Shown here: positions 36,424 through 47,566 of the stretch, in pieces | How the letters are laid out: every line of letters starts with the position of its first letter | Position numbering within the stretch: the stretch's first letter is position 1 | Source: a virus | Strand: one strand, 5' to 3' | DNA length: 64,000 bases | IMG/VR virus record: IMGVR_UViG_3300043015_002491 | Location: 32,001 to 96,000 of that record | Notes under the pieces: model-generated | What the model was told of the DNA's origin: nothing | Database searches by the model: none | The model's input: the letters and a program-made list of their open reading frames with translations, nothing else | Translations under genes and position numbers: made by a program

Positions 36424-38082
36424 TTACTTAAAGTTACTTATTATTTTCTTAACCTCTTCAATAGTTCTACCAGTCTTTTTAGCAACTTCTTGAACTATGT
36501 GGTCATTTGAAACAACAGCCATTTTAGTTTTTTTTGTTTCGATAGCTCCTGGCCCTTCATCACAATATGGGTATTTCTTACATTTTTCTTTAACGTTAAC
36601 AAAAGAACCACCTTTTAATTGTGTTTCTGAATGAGAATCTTCATTCATTGGTATTTCTTGACTACTCATTGTCCCAAATGGTTGTTTAAATAATTTTTGG
36701 ATTCTAGGTTGGTTATCATACTTAGCATCCATTTCTTTAGCCATTTGTTGAGCAACTTGTTTTGCATGTTCATCATCATTAGCAAATAAATAAAAATCCA
36801 TTTCAGCTATATATCTATTTCCACGTTCACCTTCTTCTAAGTGTTTATTTTCTTTATTTCCAGCTGTCCAAAATGATGATTTATATTTACCGCCACCCAT
36901 TGGGACATCGTAACCAAAGAAATTATCAGCACCACCAACACTGCCAGTTGTTGTTGCTTCTTCTAAACCTAATAATGAATTAACATTATCACCATAATCA
37001 CCTCTTAAATATTCAACTAATTCATCATCAACTTTAACAAGGTCTTTACCATCTTCGTAATCAGATAAACCAACACCCATACTTAATGAGTCTAAGTTAT
37101 CATTTACATAACTCTCTATAGCCTCATCACTAATCTCCCAATCTTCATCATATTCAAAATCTGGAAAACCATCTTCATCTTTACCTATATAAGTTTTTTC
37201 AATATCAACATAAGGTTCGAAATCATCTTTAGGTAAATGATGATAATATAATACGAATTTTTCACCAGATTGGTTTGATAAGATTGCTATCTCGTCACTA
37301 AGTGTACCAATAATTTTAAACTCACCACTAACTCTTTCACCTTCTCTATAGTCTGGTTCTTGTTGATTAAATGGTGCTGATGAATCATATTTAGCACCTA
37401 ACGGATAATCACCAATTTCATCTAGTTTTTGTTCTTCTTCACCCTGTGCTAATGCTTTAATAGCGTCTTCTCTTTCTTTTTCCTTAGCAGCTGTAATCGC
37501 ATTAGATTCTTTTCTCTTTTTTTCGATAGCAGCCATTAGTTCTTCTCTAGACTTTCCAGACTTATTAGGTTCACCAATTTGTTTTCTAAAATAATCTGGT
37601 GTTATATCAGATAACTTAAGAGCTTCTTCAATAGCTTCCATTGCCATGTAGGGGCTTTTACCACAAGCCATCTCGTAAAGACCAGCACTAATAACTTGTT
37701 TTACTCTCTCTTTATCGTTATTAAATTTTTCTTTAACTATTCTACCTTCTTTAGTTAAACCACCAAACTCCATTAACTTACGTAATTTAGAGTACTTACC
37801 TTCACCTAATGTTGGGTCAGATTCATTTAAGTTATATAATTCTTGGATAAAATCTTCATACATCTCATTAACCTTGTATGGGTTAGCTTTTTTTAAGTCC
37901 CTACTTATTTGAGGTCTGTGTGGTCCAGGTGCGGACTTAATCATATCTTTTAACATGTCTTCTTGAACGTTTTCCATTTCAAGGATTTTATTATATTGTT
38001 CTTGAGTAACCTTAAGTACTTTAGGTTGACTCATCTCCTTAAGCATGTTAGCTTGTTTTTCGGTAATCTTTATCTTTCTCAT
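36424..38082 (-). CDS. Hypothetical acidic protein
   Basis: 552 aa; KIKITEKQ / KVTQEQ N-terminal repeats. Confidence 0.7.
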   Translation of the reverse strand: MRKIKITEKQANMLKEMSQPKVLKVTQEQYNKILEMENVQEDMLKDMIKSAPGPHRPQISRDLKKANPYKVNEMYEDFIQELYNLNESDPTLGEGKYSKLRKLMEFGGLTKEGRIVKEKFNNDKERVKQVISAGLYEMACGKSPYMAMEAIEEALKLSDITPDYFRKQIGEPNKSGKSREELMAAIEKKRKESNAITAAKEKEREDAIKALAQGEEEQKLDEIGDYPLGAKYDSSAPFNQQEPDYREGERVSGEFKIIGTLSDEIAILSNQSGEKFVLYYHHLPKDDFEPYVDIEKTYIGKDEDGFPDFEYDEDWEISDEAIESYVNDNLDSLSMGVGLSDYEDGKDLVKVDDELVEYLRGDYGDNVNSLLGLEEATTTGSVGGADNFFGYDVPMGGGKYKSSFWTAGNKENKHLEEGERGNRYIAEMDFYLFANDDEHAKQVAQQMAKEMDAKYDNQPRIQKLFKQPFGTMSSQEIPMNEDSHSETQLKGGSFVNVKEKCKKYPYCDEGPGAIETKKTKMAVVSNDHIVQEVAKKTGRTIEEVKKIISNFK

Positions 38083-38084
38083 AT

Positions 38085-38339
38085 TTAATTACTTTTATTA
38101 GACAATCCGTTTTTCCAGAAAGCTCTTTTAGTCCATAACTGTTTATATAATTGCGTTAAAACATTCTTAGTTATTTCAACAACTTTATCCTCTAAAGCTT
38201 TTTCAGTTTTGATTCTATCTTTAACAATTTTTTCAACCTTACTTTTAAATTCAGAAGAATCCATATACTTTTTAATTTCTGATTTAACATCAGATTTATT
38301 AACTTCCTCGTTTAACTTTTGTCTAATTAAATCTTTCAT
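38085..38339 (-). CDS. Small hypothetical protein
   Basis: MKDLIRQKLNEE N-terminus; ATATTTAT upstream. Confidence 0.7.
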   Translation of the reverse strand: MKDLIRQKLNEEVNKSDVKSEIKKYMDSSEFKSKVEKIVKDRIKTEKALEDKVVEITKNVLTQLYKQLWTKRAFWKNGLSNKSN

Positions 38340-38398
38340 TATTTTCTTTATTTATAAATATTGAATAATAATAAAAAAACCCCTCAAGGGGGTTATTT

Positions 38399-38923
38399 TT
38401 AATAAAGAAGTTCAGCTGAATTTGGTTTGACTTTAATTCTACATATTACAAGACCATCATCACTATAATCTAATCCACCAAAATCAACTTCAATAACATC
38501 ACAATCCAGTATTGCCCATTTTTCAACAACCATACCTGTTGGGTCAAGCATCTCTAATGTCATATCAAGTTTTTTCTTCCCTTTAATTAAGCTATATAAA
38601 TATTTACTCACTGAAGGTTCTATAGGGTCATTTAATACGAATTCCATTTCTTGTATCTCATAATAAGTACCTTTCCAAAAACTATTAATTTTTTTAAATC
38701 TTGGTCTACTCGCTTTATATAAAACCCATGGTTTTATTTCTTTACCATCACCCAACATTAAAACCCATCTATTCTTTTTCTTCGGTTCATAGGGTACGGG
38801 CATTTTCATTAATAAATCATACTTACTTTCCAGGGGATTATTTTCACCTGTTAATTCTTCATAGTAAGGGTTTAACTCACCAGTTTGTGGGTCATGTGTT
38901 GGGACTCTTTTCTTGAAACTCAT
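38399..38923 (-). CDS. Tail tube-like protein (T4 gp19-like)
   Basis: PYEPKKKNRW, DPIEPS, LEMLDPTGMVVEKW, DFGGLDY pattern recalled from myophage tube proteins. Confidence 0.6.
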   Translation of the reverse strand: MSFKKRVPTHDPQTGELNPYYEELTGENNPLESKYDLLMKMPVPYEPKKKNRWVLMLGDGKEIKPWVLYKASRPRFKKINSFWKGTYYEIQEMEFVLNDPIEPSVSKYLYSLIKGKKKLDMTLEMLDPTGMVVEKWAILDCDVIEVDFGGLDYSDDGLVICRIKVKPNSAELLY

Positions 38924-38936
38924 AAATAAATATTTT

Positions 38937-39413
38937 TTATAAAACTAATATTAATGTTAATATAGGTAAAACCACTGAACCAGTAAAACCTAATATTTTT
39001 AAACTTTTTTGTTTTCTTATTTCTTTCTTTTGGTCTTTTATAATTTCATCCTTAAGGTCTAATTCTTTATCCTTATTAACAATAACTTGTTGTAGGTTAT
39101 CGTTAATTTGTTCTAAGTTAAATTTTTCATTACTTAAATTCATTAACACTTCTTTTTGCATTGTGATTGTATTAAGTTGTAGACTATCTTTAACTTTATA
39201 CTGAATTAAAAGACTGTCCGCATATTCATACTTTAAAACATCTTCTAAAAGTATCTTTGCATCAGATAGACTCATACTAACCATAGTATCACCATATTCA
39301 TTAACAAAAGTTGTAACCCTATTTGGTTCTTTTATTGATATATTCTGAGAGTGACTTTGAAACACCATTAGCGTCAAGCTTAAGAACAATATTAGAAACT
39401 TTATCTTTTGCAT
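38937..39413 (-). CDS. Exported coiled-coil protein, spanin-like candidate
   Basis: Signal peptide, coiled coil, C-terminal hydrophobic tail; overlaps upstream gene. Confidence 0.5.
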   Translation of the reverse strand: MQKIKFLILFLSLTLMVFQSHSQNISIKEPNRVTTFVNEYGDTMVSMSLSDAKILLEDVLKYEYADSLLIQYKVKDSLQLNTITMQKEVLMNLSNEKFNLEQINDNLQQVIVNKDKELDLKDEIIKDQKKEIRKQKSLKILGFTGSVVLPILTLILVL

Positions 39414-39690
39414 TTTCTAAAACTTCAATTTTTTTGTCTTTTTCATTAATTTTAACTTGGGTAGAATCTATTGAAATTAAAAGACTATCATTAATATGAT
39501 TAAGCTTTAAATTAACTAATTCAAGACTATCGTTATTATTTAATAATTTAATATTACTATCTTTTAAGTTATTAATTTCATCTTCATAGATATCAATACC
39601 CTTTGATGGTCTGAAAAAAAAACTTAATATCAAAGCACCAGCTAAGATAATAATAAATAAAACTTTTATATCAAATTTATCTTTAACCAT
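39319..39690 (-). CDS. Membrane-anchored coiled-coil protein, spanin-like candidate
   Basis: N-terminal TM helix plus coiled coil. Confidence 0.55.
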   Translation of the reverse strand: MVKDKFDIKVLFIIILAGALILSFFFRPSKGIDIYEDEINNLKDSNIKLLNNNDSLELVNLKLNHINDSLLISIDSTQVKINEKDKKIEVLENAKDKVSNIVLKLDANGVSKSLSEYINKRTK

Positions 39691-39693
39691 TAT

Positions 39694-40164
39694 TTACGCT
39701 TTTAACGTAGAATCGTTTAAAAAATTATCATTCCAATTATCTTTCCAGATATCATAGTTTTGAACTAACTTATTTAGGGTGATGATATCATCCTTAGTAA
39801 TCTCAACATATCTGTTACCAACAGGTGTACCTAATTGAACCCCACCATTCTTAGAGTATGACCATTCAATACCATTACCTAATTTACCTGTTAACACAAC
39901 GTTTTGTGTTTCTAAATCAATATTAAAGTTATCAAACTTAACGTCATTAGTAACTTTTTCAACAAAAGATTCTTTGTTTTTTTCAAAGTAATCTTTTTCA
40001 GTATTATCTAACTGCTCTTCAAAGTTAACATCACCCTCATTTTCAGTTTTAGGTTCTGTAGTTTGAAATTCTTCGTTCTCTCTAATAAGATTCTTATGCT
40101 TCGATGTTTGAGCTCTCATAGTCTCAAGCATCAATTTAGTCATTTCATGTTCACTATTTTTCAT
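39694..40164 (-). CDS. Hypothetical protein
   Basis: 156 aa ORF. Confidence 0.7.
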   Translation of the reverse strand: MKNSEHEMTKLMLETMRAQTSKHKNLIRENEEFQTTEPKTENEGDVNFEEQLDNTEKDYFEKNKESFVEKVTNDVKFDNFNIDLETQNVVLTGKLGNGIEWSYSKNGGVQLGTPVGNRYVEITKDDIITLNKLVQNYDIWKDNWNDNFLNDSTLKA

Positions 40165-40781
40165 ATTTCTAATTTATTTTTCATTTCTAAAAAATCCCAA
40201 GCTGGACTAACATCTGTATAGTACTTCTCGAAATTACTCTTATAAAGGATACCATTATAATTTTCTACACCATCAAAGTTAGTATTATGGTTAATTACCT
40301 TAAGTGGTATATCAAACTCTAAACATAATTGTCTAACTAGTTTATATGTAGAATCTTTTTGTTTTTGAGTGTATGGTGCCCAATACTTATGATTTCTCCA
40401 CCTTTTCTCAAAAACTGAATCCTTTCTATTATAAATATGACCAAGATAGTTAATATACTTATTTTCACTATTTAAATCTTTCATAAGCCAACCTTCATTT
40501 TCTAATACTATAGAAATGATGGTTTCATTTAAAAAAATGTCATCTAAAAAATTTGAATAATTATTTGGTGAGAAATGTTGGTAGGTGTTACCTTCTACAT
40601 CTATAGTGAACATAGCTGTCTTAGTATATCTACCGTTCCATCTTTTGTTCCAACCAATACAATGTCTCATATCGGTTGAAAATGTATTACCAATGACAAT
40701 CTTTTTTTTGACTGTTACTTCATTAATATAGTTCTTTTCACTTAATTTATAAGATTCTTTATCAATGATTAAATCACTCAT
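40161..40781 (-). CDS. Amidase_2-fold protein, catalytic histidines apparently lost
   Basis: Parallels the endolysin (ISIVLENEG, WAPYTQKQ, DVSPAWDF) but GNT replaces HHT. Confidence 0.55.
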   Translation of the reverse strand: MSDLIIDKESYKLSEKNYINEVTVKKKIVIGNTFSTDMRHCIGWNKRWNGRYTKTAMFTIDVEGNTYQHFSPNNYSNFLDDIFLNETIISIVLENEGWLMKDLNSENKYINYLGHIYNRKDSVFEKRWRNHKYWAPYTQKQKDSTYKLVRQLCLEFDIPLKVINHNTNFDGVENYNGILYKSNFEKYYTDVSPAWDFLEMKNKLEI

Positions 40782-42091
40782 TATCTTTTCTTAAAAAAAA
40801 TTGTGTCAGATTTACCGTCTCTAACTTCTTTATTACTACCAATTCTTTCAATCGAATTTTTCTTTCTAACTGGTACAGTCACTGAAAAACCTCTTTCTCT
40901 TTCTTTAATTTCTTTAATATCTTCTCTAGATATTGCTTTCTTTATAGGTTCTTCTGTTATCTTAATATTATCTTCTACCCCCTTAACTTCTTGAACTCCG
41001 TTATTAACAGATTTAACAAACACCTTATTATTTGTACTTTCTTCCTTAACTTCTGGTTCAATTTCCTCATCTTGGTGTTCGATTTCAACATCAATATCAT
41101 TGTCTGGAGTTTCATCATATTCTGGTGAAGCTATATGAACTTCATCTTCGATTGGTAATTGTTCTTCTGGTAATTCTATCTCACCACTTTCTTCATTAAC
41201 CAATTCCATTTTAGCGTCTGGAAAACCAGGGTCAAGTTCTCTAACAAATTCTGGTGTTGTTTTTACAGTCTCATTTACAACCTCATTTACAGCATCATCT
41301 TTCTTAGCATTAATAACCTTATTAAATACAATTACCATGATAACAGCCATTGGGTCACCAATAACAATAAGAAGGATGATAAAATACTTCATTACATCAT
41401 CCATTGTCATTCCAGTAATATCGGCTAAATACTTAAGTGGACCTAATTCTGAAGCTACATCATCACCTAATTTAACTTCAGTTATTTCATTTTCTAATTC
41501 AAAAACTTTTTTAGATAATTCATCAGATTTACCATTAAGCACTTCTTGCCTTTCAATAGCTTTATCTAATTGAGCTTCTAGAACTTTTCTAGTTGATGAT
41601 GATGTCGTTCTTATAATTTCACCTGTTTCTTTATCTTTATATTCTATAACGTTATTAGATAAACCTTTGGTTAATTCAGTTATTGTTTCACCAACACCTA
41701 CTTTTTCGTTAATTATGATATTTAATTGGGATTGATAACCATCTCTCTTTTTTTCCAATAACTCAATTTTAGCTTTTACATTTTCAAACTTGGAGAATGT
41801 TTCTTTATATGAAGATGAAAGGAATCCATAGATACCCATAGACGTGATAGTCATAGCAATAACTATGAATAATGATAAGATAGTATTGTAAAACCAACCT
41901 ATCTTCTTTCCATAAGTGTGTATTGCAGATGTGGCAATAATTTTAGCAGCTTCAATACTTGAGAATAAAATAAGTCCTACAGTACCAGCACCAGCGAAGA
42001 CTTTTAAAAGACCATTCACTGATACATAAGCAACTGTACCAGCCATACCTACCGCCATAATTAAAATCAAATATAATAATACCTTTTTCAT
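40781..42091 (-). CDS. Multi-TM coiled-coil membrane protein
   Basis: Three N-terminal TMs, GIYGFLS, ELGPLKYL, fourth TM, acidic tail. Confidence 0.72.
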   Translation of the reverse strand: MKKVLLYLILIMAVGMAGTVAYVSVNGLLKVFAGAGTVGLILFSSIEAAKIIATSAIHTYGKKIGWFYNTILSLFIVIAMTITSMGIYGFLSSSYKETFSKFENVKAKIELLEKKRDGYQSQLNIIINEKVGVGETITELTKGLSNNVIEYKDKETGEIIRTTSSSTRKVLEAQLDKAIERQEVLNGKSDELSKKVFELENEITEVKLGDDVASELGPLKYLADITGMTMDDVMKYFIILLIVIGDPMAVIMVIVFNKVINAKKDDAVNEVVNETVKTTPEFVRELDPGFPDAKMELVNEESGEIELPEEQLPIEDEVHIASPEYDETPDNDIDVEIEHQDEEIEPEVKEESTNNKVFVKSVNNGVQEVKGVEDNIKITEEPIKKAISREDIKEIKERERGFSVTVPVRKKNSIERIGSNKEVRDGKSDTIFFKKR

Positions 42092-42109
42092 ACTATATAA
42101 ATATATGGT

Positions 42110-42943
42110 TTAATCATTTAATGCGTCAAATAAACCATGAGCATTGTGTCTAACTTTTCTAATGGCTTTTTCTTTTATTTGTCTAACCCTTTCTTTAGTG
42201 ATACCATACTTTTCACCGATAGCTTCTAATGTCATTGGTTCATATTCACTATCTATACCGTAATAAGCTTTAATAATTTCTCTTTCTCTATCACTAAGTA
42301 ATGATAATACAGAGTTAAGCTCTTCTTTAACCCTTTCATCTATATCGTAAAAGCTTTCATCTTTTAACGAATTTTTATCTTCAAGGATTTCATATAATTC
42401 ACTACCGTCTTCATTAATAAATTCGTTAAGTGAACCACAACTAGGTAATGAGAATAAATCAACGAAATTTTCATTCTCCATTAGTTCTTCGTTAGTTGGT
42501 TCTCTTTCATTCTTAAATTCAAAACTTTCAATTTCTTTTTTGATTTGTGAAATTTTACCAATAACGTTAGATGGTATTCTTATAGTTCTTGAATTATCGT
42601 TTAAGGATTGCATAATAGATTGTTTAATCCAATGCACTGCGTATGAAATAAAACGAAAACCCCTAGTATGGTCATATCGCTTTGCAGCCTTTACTAAACC
42701 AAAATTACCTTCACTAATTAAATCAGATAAAGATAAACCTTGCCCTTGGTATTCTTTAGCTATTGATATCACAAACTTTAAATTTGATTCTACTAACTTA
42801 TCAATAGCTAAATCATCACCTTCTTTTATTCTTATTGCTAAATCAACTTCTTCTTGTGGACTTAACAATTCTGATTTTCTTACATCTTTAAAATATTTAG
42901 AGATACTCTCATCTCCATTAAAATTTACGTATACTTTACTCAT
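42110..42943 (-). CDS. RNA polymerase sigma70-family factor (RpoD/SigA-like)
   Basis: NLKFVISIAK, DLISEGNFGL, FISYAVHWIKQ, TLEAIG...TKERVRQI. Confidence 0.92.
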   Translation of the reverse strand: MSKVYVNFNGDESISKYFKDVRKSELLSPQEEVDLAIRIKEGDDLAIDKLVESNLKFVISIAKEYQGQGLSLSDLISEGNFGLVKAAKRYDHTRGFRFISYAVHWIKQSIMQSLNDNSRTIRIPSNVIGKISQIKKEIESFEFKNEREPTNEELMENENFVDLFSLPSCGSLNEFINEDGSELYEILEDKNSLKDESFYDIDERVKEELNSVLSLLSDREREIIKAYYGIDSEYEPMTLEAIGEKYGITKERVRQIKEKAIRKVRHNAHGLFDALND

Positions 42944-43029
42944 TAATTACATTATTCTATAACTTTGTTATTTATGTCTGTTAGGACATATAAATATACG
43001 TAAATAATAAAAAAAGTAAACCTTTTTAA

Positions 43030-43560
43030 TTACATTTTTGTGAGAAATTCAAGTATTTCTTTATCGTGGTCAGTAAGATTATCGACACCCTTATCAAGTA
43101 TTTCGTTCATAAGTTTTTCCCTATCTTTTTTACCCATTTCTTTCAACATTTCTTTTCTATACCTAGTTTTAGGTTTTACAAAAGTCCTTGAACCATAACT
43201 GGTAATACCACTTGATGCTTTATCATTAACACTCGACACATCATCAATCAATTTATTTGTCAAATCTTCTAACTCTAAGTCATATTCTTTACTTATATGA
43301 CCAAATAAAGCATCATTTAACCCTTCATTAGTTAAGAAATAACCAGATGTTTCTGGGTCAGTATCAAATATTAAAAAATTTCTATTTAATGACTTAAAAT
43401 AATCGGTAAGCTCACTAACTTCAGCAATACTAGTAAAAGTTGATATAACAATACCCTTAGCTTCTAAAAATCTAGGTGAATCCTCGGCAATTTTACCAAT
43501 CTCTAGTTTACATCCACTAGTTTCACCCATAACAACTATACAATAACTTCTAAATTTCAT
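43030..43560 (-). CDS. Hypothetical protein
   Basis: 176 aa, C-terminal EILDKGVDNLT motif. Confidence 0.7.
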   Translation of the reverse strand: MKFRSYCIVVMGETSGCKLEIGKIAEDSPRFLEAKGIVISTFTSIAEVSELTDYFKSLNRNFLIFDTDPETSGYFLTNEGLNDALFGHISKEYDLELEDLTNKLIDDVSSVNDKASSGITSYGSRTFVKPKTRYRKEMLKEMGKKDREKLMNEILDKGVDNLTDHDKEILEFLTKM

Positions 43561-43622
43561 ATTTATTTTTTTTTTGTTCGTATTATAACAAATATAACAT
43601 TTTTTTCTTTTAAAATCAAAAT

Positions 43623-45998
43623 TTACTTAAGTTTTGATATATTATTTTCCTTTATTACCGTTATAATGTTATCAGCCCAGTCCTTAACCATATCATTTTG
43701 AGTAATGAAGAAAACTATGTCAAACATATCAGAAACTCTCTCGAAAAGTGGTTTCATATTAGGTAAGTTATCCGCTGCAACCCTACCCATAACCTCATCG
43801 AATACAATAAAGTTAGGTGTTGGTAATGATGACATCTTACCTAAGACACATCTAAGGGCAATACTTGAAGTTGTTAATTCAAATCCACTACCAGACTTCA
43901 ATGGTTTCTCTACACCGTCTTTAATTAATAAATATTTAACTTCATTCTTATCGTCAATATAAACTTCAACCTCAAAGTCTGTAATATCTTCTAATAATCT
44001 TTGTAACTCACCATTAATGATAGGTAAAACACTTCTAAGTATTAATTTACTAATACCCTTTTTACCAATCATGTCAATATAAATCTTAAAGATTCTATCA
44101 ATCTCTTTTTCTTTACCGATAGTAACTATTAACTTCTCTTTAGTTTCAATATCCTTAGTATTAGAACTAACACTTATAGCTATATCCTTTAAAGCATCAT
44201 TAATTAAATCTTTTTGTCTATCAGATACAACTATTTTAGTATCTACTTGACTGATTTCGATATCAATCTCTTTATTCTTGTCAATAGCTTCTAAATTAGC
44301 GTTATATTTCTTTAAGTCACTCATCTTTTCCTTCAAAGTAACCCTAAATGAGTCAATCTCAACTTCAAGACGGTCTTTTTGTAATTCTAATTTATTTTTA
44401 TTTTCGATTAATTTCTTAGAATCAGACATCCCAGTTATTTCAGTCTCAATATCTTTTAACTTTCTTTCAGCCGTCTCCTTTTCTCTCTTAATATTTTCAA
44501 TAGTACCATTATGTTCAGCGATATGTTTACTATTATCCACATCATCCAATGGTCTATTACAAGCTTTACATATTCCACTCTTAATTAAATCCTCTACAAC
44601 ACCTTCTAATCTAGTAATTTCAGCTTCTTTAACAGCAATATCACTACTAGTTTTAGTTTTTTCTTTATTAAGTCTAAAATCTTTCTCTTCATCAAAATCA
44701 ACCTTACCTATTTCTTTGATTTTAGATTCTATTTCTTGAATTGTCTTCTTATGTACTTTACCATTAGCAGTAATAGTGTCAATTTCAGTTTGAAGTGTCT
44801 TAGGGTTAAGCGCTAACACTTCATCATCAATCTTAATCTTTGATGTAGCTAATCTTAATTTCTCGTCTTGTAATTTCTTATTAACTTTTTTCTCAATTTC
44901 TAATTCATTTTCTTTGACACCCTTATCTTTCTCTAGTTGTATTAAATTTTCCTTATGTGTTTCAATCTCTTCTTTAAGAGTTTCGATATCATAAAGATTA
45001 GACTTCATTGTTTTAGTAAAGGTATTATGCATTTTCCTAACAATACTCTCCTTTTCAGAAAGAACTTCTAAACCAATAAATCTAGTTAGTAATTTACCAG
45101 ATTCACCAGCTGTTGAATCAACTAAATCGTCAAGGTTCTTTGATGTTGCTAATACAACCAAATCGAAGTCTTTTTCAGTACCAATAGTATCCTTAATCAA
45201 TTCAGTTGTTTTTCTAGCATCTTCATCATTCATCTCTTCTTCTTCACCATCTGGTAGTATTCTATAATAAGATAACTTATTAGTTACATTCCAACCACCT
45301 TTTCTCTTTGGTTTTCTCTCAAGATATCTTTCAATAATGAATTCATCTTCACCTTCAATTTCCATCATACCTCTAACAATAAGGTCTTTTTCTTCATTAA
45401 ACTGGTTAAACACCTCAACATTCTTATCAGTCTTAGTTGTTTTACCAAAGAATAAGAATTTAACAGCATCAATTGTAAGTGTTGTCTTTCCACCCTGGTT
45501 CGCTGGCTGGGAATTAATTACTGTAAAACCCTTATACTTGTCTACTGGAAAATAATTACCATTACCAAATGATAAGAAATTATTCACCATAAGCCATGAT
45601 AGTTTATACTTTTTATGTAATGTTTCTTCTAAATCATATTCTAATTCAGCGTTAACTTTATCGTCTAAAGCTATGATTCTATCGAAATCAACATCGTCTT
45701 TACCTTCTCTAGTAAGCCATTCTTTAAAAAGGCTTCTTTGGTATGGTATACTCATGATATTGTCAATAGTGGCACCATCAATCTTAATTTCTTTACCAGA
45801 CTTATCAACCTTAACTGGTCTATAAACAACATTAATATTTTGTGTTGGTATTCCGTACTTATTTGAAAAATACTTCTTTACTCTAGCTCTAGATTCCCTA
45901 GAGTAGTTCTCTGGTTTGTCATCCCAATACACCTTAATCTTTGCATAAGGTGGTATACTAACTTTGTTTGTTTCTACTATTTCTTTTTCCTGTTCCAT
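43623..45998 (-). CDS. Rad50/SbcC (gp46-like) SMC ATPase
   Basis: NFLSFG, NQGGKTT Walker A, CKAC zinc hook, SGFE signature, FDE Walker B. Confidence 0.9.
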   Translation of the reverse strand: MEQEKEIVETNKVSIPPYAKIKVYWDDKPENYSRESRARVKKYFSNKYGIPTQNINVVYRPVKVDKSGKEIKIDGATIDNIMSIPYQRSLFKEWLTREGKDDVDFDRIIALDDKVNAELEYDLEETLHKKYKLSWLMVNNFLSFGNGNYFPVDKYKGFTVINSQPANQGGKTTLTIDAVKFLFFGKTTKTDKNVEVFNQFNEEKDLIVRGMMEIEGEDEFIIERYLERKPKRKGGWNVTNKLSYYRILPDGEEEEMNDEDARKTTELIKDTIGTEKDFDLVVLATSKNLDDLVDSTAGESGKLLTRFIGLEVLSEKESIVRKMHNTFTKTMKSNLYDIETLKEEIETHKENLIQLEKDKGVKENELEIEKKVNKKLQDEKLRLATSKIKIDDEVLALNPKTLQTEIDTITANGKVHKKTIQEIESKIKEIGKVDFDEEKDFRLNKEKTKTSSDIAVKEAEITRLEGVVEDLIKSGICKACNRPLDDVDNSKHIAEHNGTIENIKREKETAERKLKDIETEITGMSDSKKLIENKNKLELQKDRLEVEIDSFRVTLKEKMSDLKKYNANLEAIDKNKEIDIEISQVDTKIVVSDRQKDLINDALKDIAISVSSNTKDIETKEKLIVTIGKEKEIDRIFKIYIDMIGKKGISKLILRSVLPIINGELQRLLEDITDFEVEVYIDDKNEVKYLLIKDGVEKPLKSGSGFELTTSSIALRCVLGKMSSLPTPNFIVFDEVMGRVAADNLPNMKPLFERVSDMFDIVFFITQNDMVKDWADNIITVIKENNISKLK

Positions 45999-46543
45999 AA
46001 ATCACTTATATTTGAACCGAAGAAGCCTTGTTTACCTTCTCCGTATATGTCATTATCTTCTTCTTTTGGTTTAGCTTTCTCCGCTTCTAATTCTTCTTTT
46101 AGTTGTGAAATTTCTTTAGTTAAATCGGATATTTTCCCATTAAGTGTGTCGATTTCATCAAGTTGTTTATTCCTTAATTGACTTGTTTCTTGCATAGCAG
46201 CAGCACTCTTAAGTTTTTCAGAAGCTAATTTACTTCTAACATCTTTTAGTTCTATTTGTAACTTATTAACTACTTCATCATCAGTTACAAATACTTCCTT
46301 CTCAACAATTTTCTCAACTTCCCTCACCACTTCAACTGGTACTTCCTTAATAACCTCTTTTTCTACAATCTTTTCAACTTCCACTTCTTTTATTTCGGCT
46401 GGTTTATCCCATGGAGTAGCACCAAACTTCTCAGACGTAAAACCTTGTCTTACCATCTTTATTATAAAGTCATCTACCCCAGAGATATCATTCAAACGGC
46501 AATATTCCCAGATTTCATCTTTAAGTTGTTTTGGTAACTCCAT
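45977..46543 (-). CDS. Coiled-coil protein with VEKIVEKEV repeats
   Basis: 188 aa between the SbcD-like and SbcC-like genes. Confidence 0.7.
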   Translation of the reverse strand: MELPKQLKDEIWEYCRLNDISGVDDFIIKMVRQGFTSEKFGATPWDKPAEIKEVEVEKIVEKEVIKEVPVEVVREVEKIVEKEVFVTDDEVVNKLQIELKDVRSKLASEKLKSAAAMQETSQLRNKQLDEIDTLNGKISDLTKEISQLKEELEAEKAKPKEEDNDIYGEGKQGFFGSNISDLWNRKKK

Positions 46544-47358
46544 TATAAATTAGTTAATTGTTCAGTACCATTATCTAAATCATCCAATGATGTTACCTTG
46601 AATTGATAGAAACCATAATCAGTTTCAATATCATGCTCTTCAAATGTTCTTGATTCTACATCCCACCATAAGAAACCATGCTTACTTACAGTCTCCCCAA
46701 AGTTTTGTTGAATAAGACTAGACGGATACGCAATTGGGATGCCCTTGTAATTAAACACTTGTCTCTTGTGGATATCACCAAGTAACACCATATCACAACC
46801 TTCAAAGTGTTCTAACGCTGTTGCTTCGTCAAATTCATATCCGATATCGGTAGTAGCCCCAATAATTGGTGCATGATAAAGCCCTATATAAGTTTTATCA
46901 TCGCCATGTTCTGTTCTACCTTCTTCAATATTAGGTCTAGTATTTTCTTCAAATATTGAATAGTTACACCATACAATATTTTCATCTAAATAACACTTAG
47001 ATTCCTTGTAATATTTAATATCTAAGTCTGGTAGTAGTTGTACCATTGGTGTGATGCTATCAACTCTATCCTTATTATTTTCTAATAAGTCATGATTCCC
47101 AGCTACGATTACAACTGGTGCAATCTTCTCTAGTTTTCTAAGGAACCATGTACCAAGTATAAGAAGTTCATTGGAAATCGTAATCTTCTGGTGAACATAA
47201 TCACCAACTATAACGATTCTTATTTCTTCTCTCTCATATCCTTTAACCATTTCTCTAATGGTCTTAAGGAAAGTTTTAAATGCTGCTCCGTATTCATCGT
47301 GCATCCTATATGTTCTTATGTGAATATCAGCAATATGTATTATTTTTTTTACTTTCAT
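46543..47358 (-). CDS. Mre11/SbcD (gp47-like) metallophosphoesterase nuclease
   Basis: ADIH, GD, GNHD, GDIH motifs. Confidence 0.88.
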   Translation of the reverse strand: MKVKKIIHIADIHIRTYRMHDEYGAAFKTFLKTIREMVKGYEREEIRIVIVGDYVHQKITISNELLILGTWFLRKLEKIAPVVIVAGNHDLLENNKDRVDSITPMVQLLPDLDIKYYKESKCYLDENIVWCNYSIFEENTRPNIEEGRTEHGDDKTYIGLYHAPIIGATTDIGYEFDEATALEHFEGCDMVLLGDIHKRQVFNYKGIPIAYPSSLIQQNFGETVSKHGFLWWDVESRTFEEHDIETDYGFYQFKVTSLDDLDNGTEQLTNL

Positions 47359-47359
47359 A

Positions 47360-47566
47360 CTATAATTTACTTAATTTTTCTAAATAATGTTCTGACTCAA
47401 CTGCTAAATAAAATAACATATCTAATCTTTCAGAATCAAATATAATATTTTTTTCTTCTTCAGACAAGTTATTAAAATTATTAATTAAAAATTTTAACTT
47501 TTCATTAATATTAATAAAACCACTTATAGTGTCATCAATATTTCTAGCGATATCGTTTTTATCCAT
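47360..47566 (-). CDS. Small hypothetical protein
   Basis: 68 aa, coupled. Confidence 0.55.
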   Translation of the reverse strand: MDKNDIARNIDDTISGFININEKLKFLINNFNNLSEEEKNIIFDSERLDMLFYLAVESEHYLEKLSKL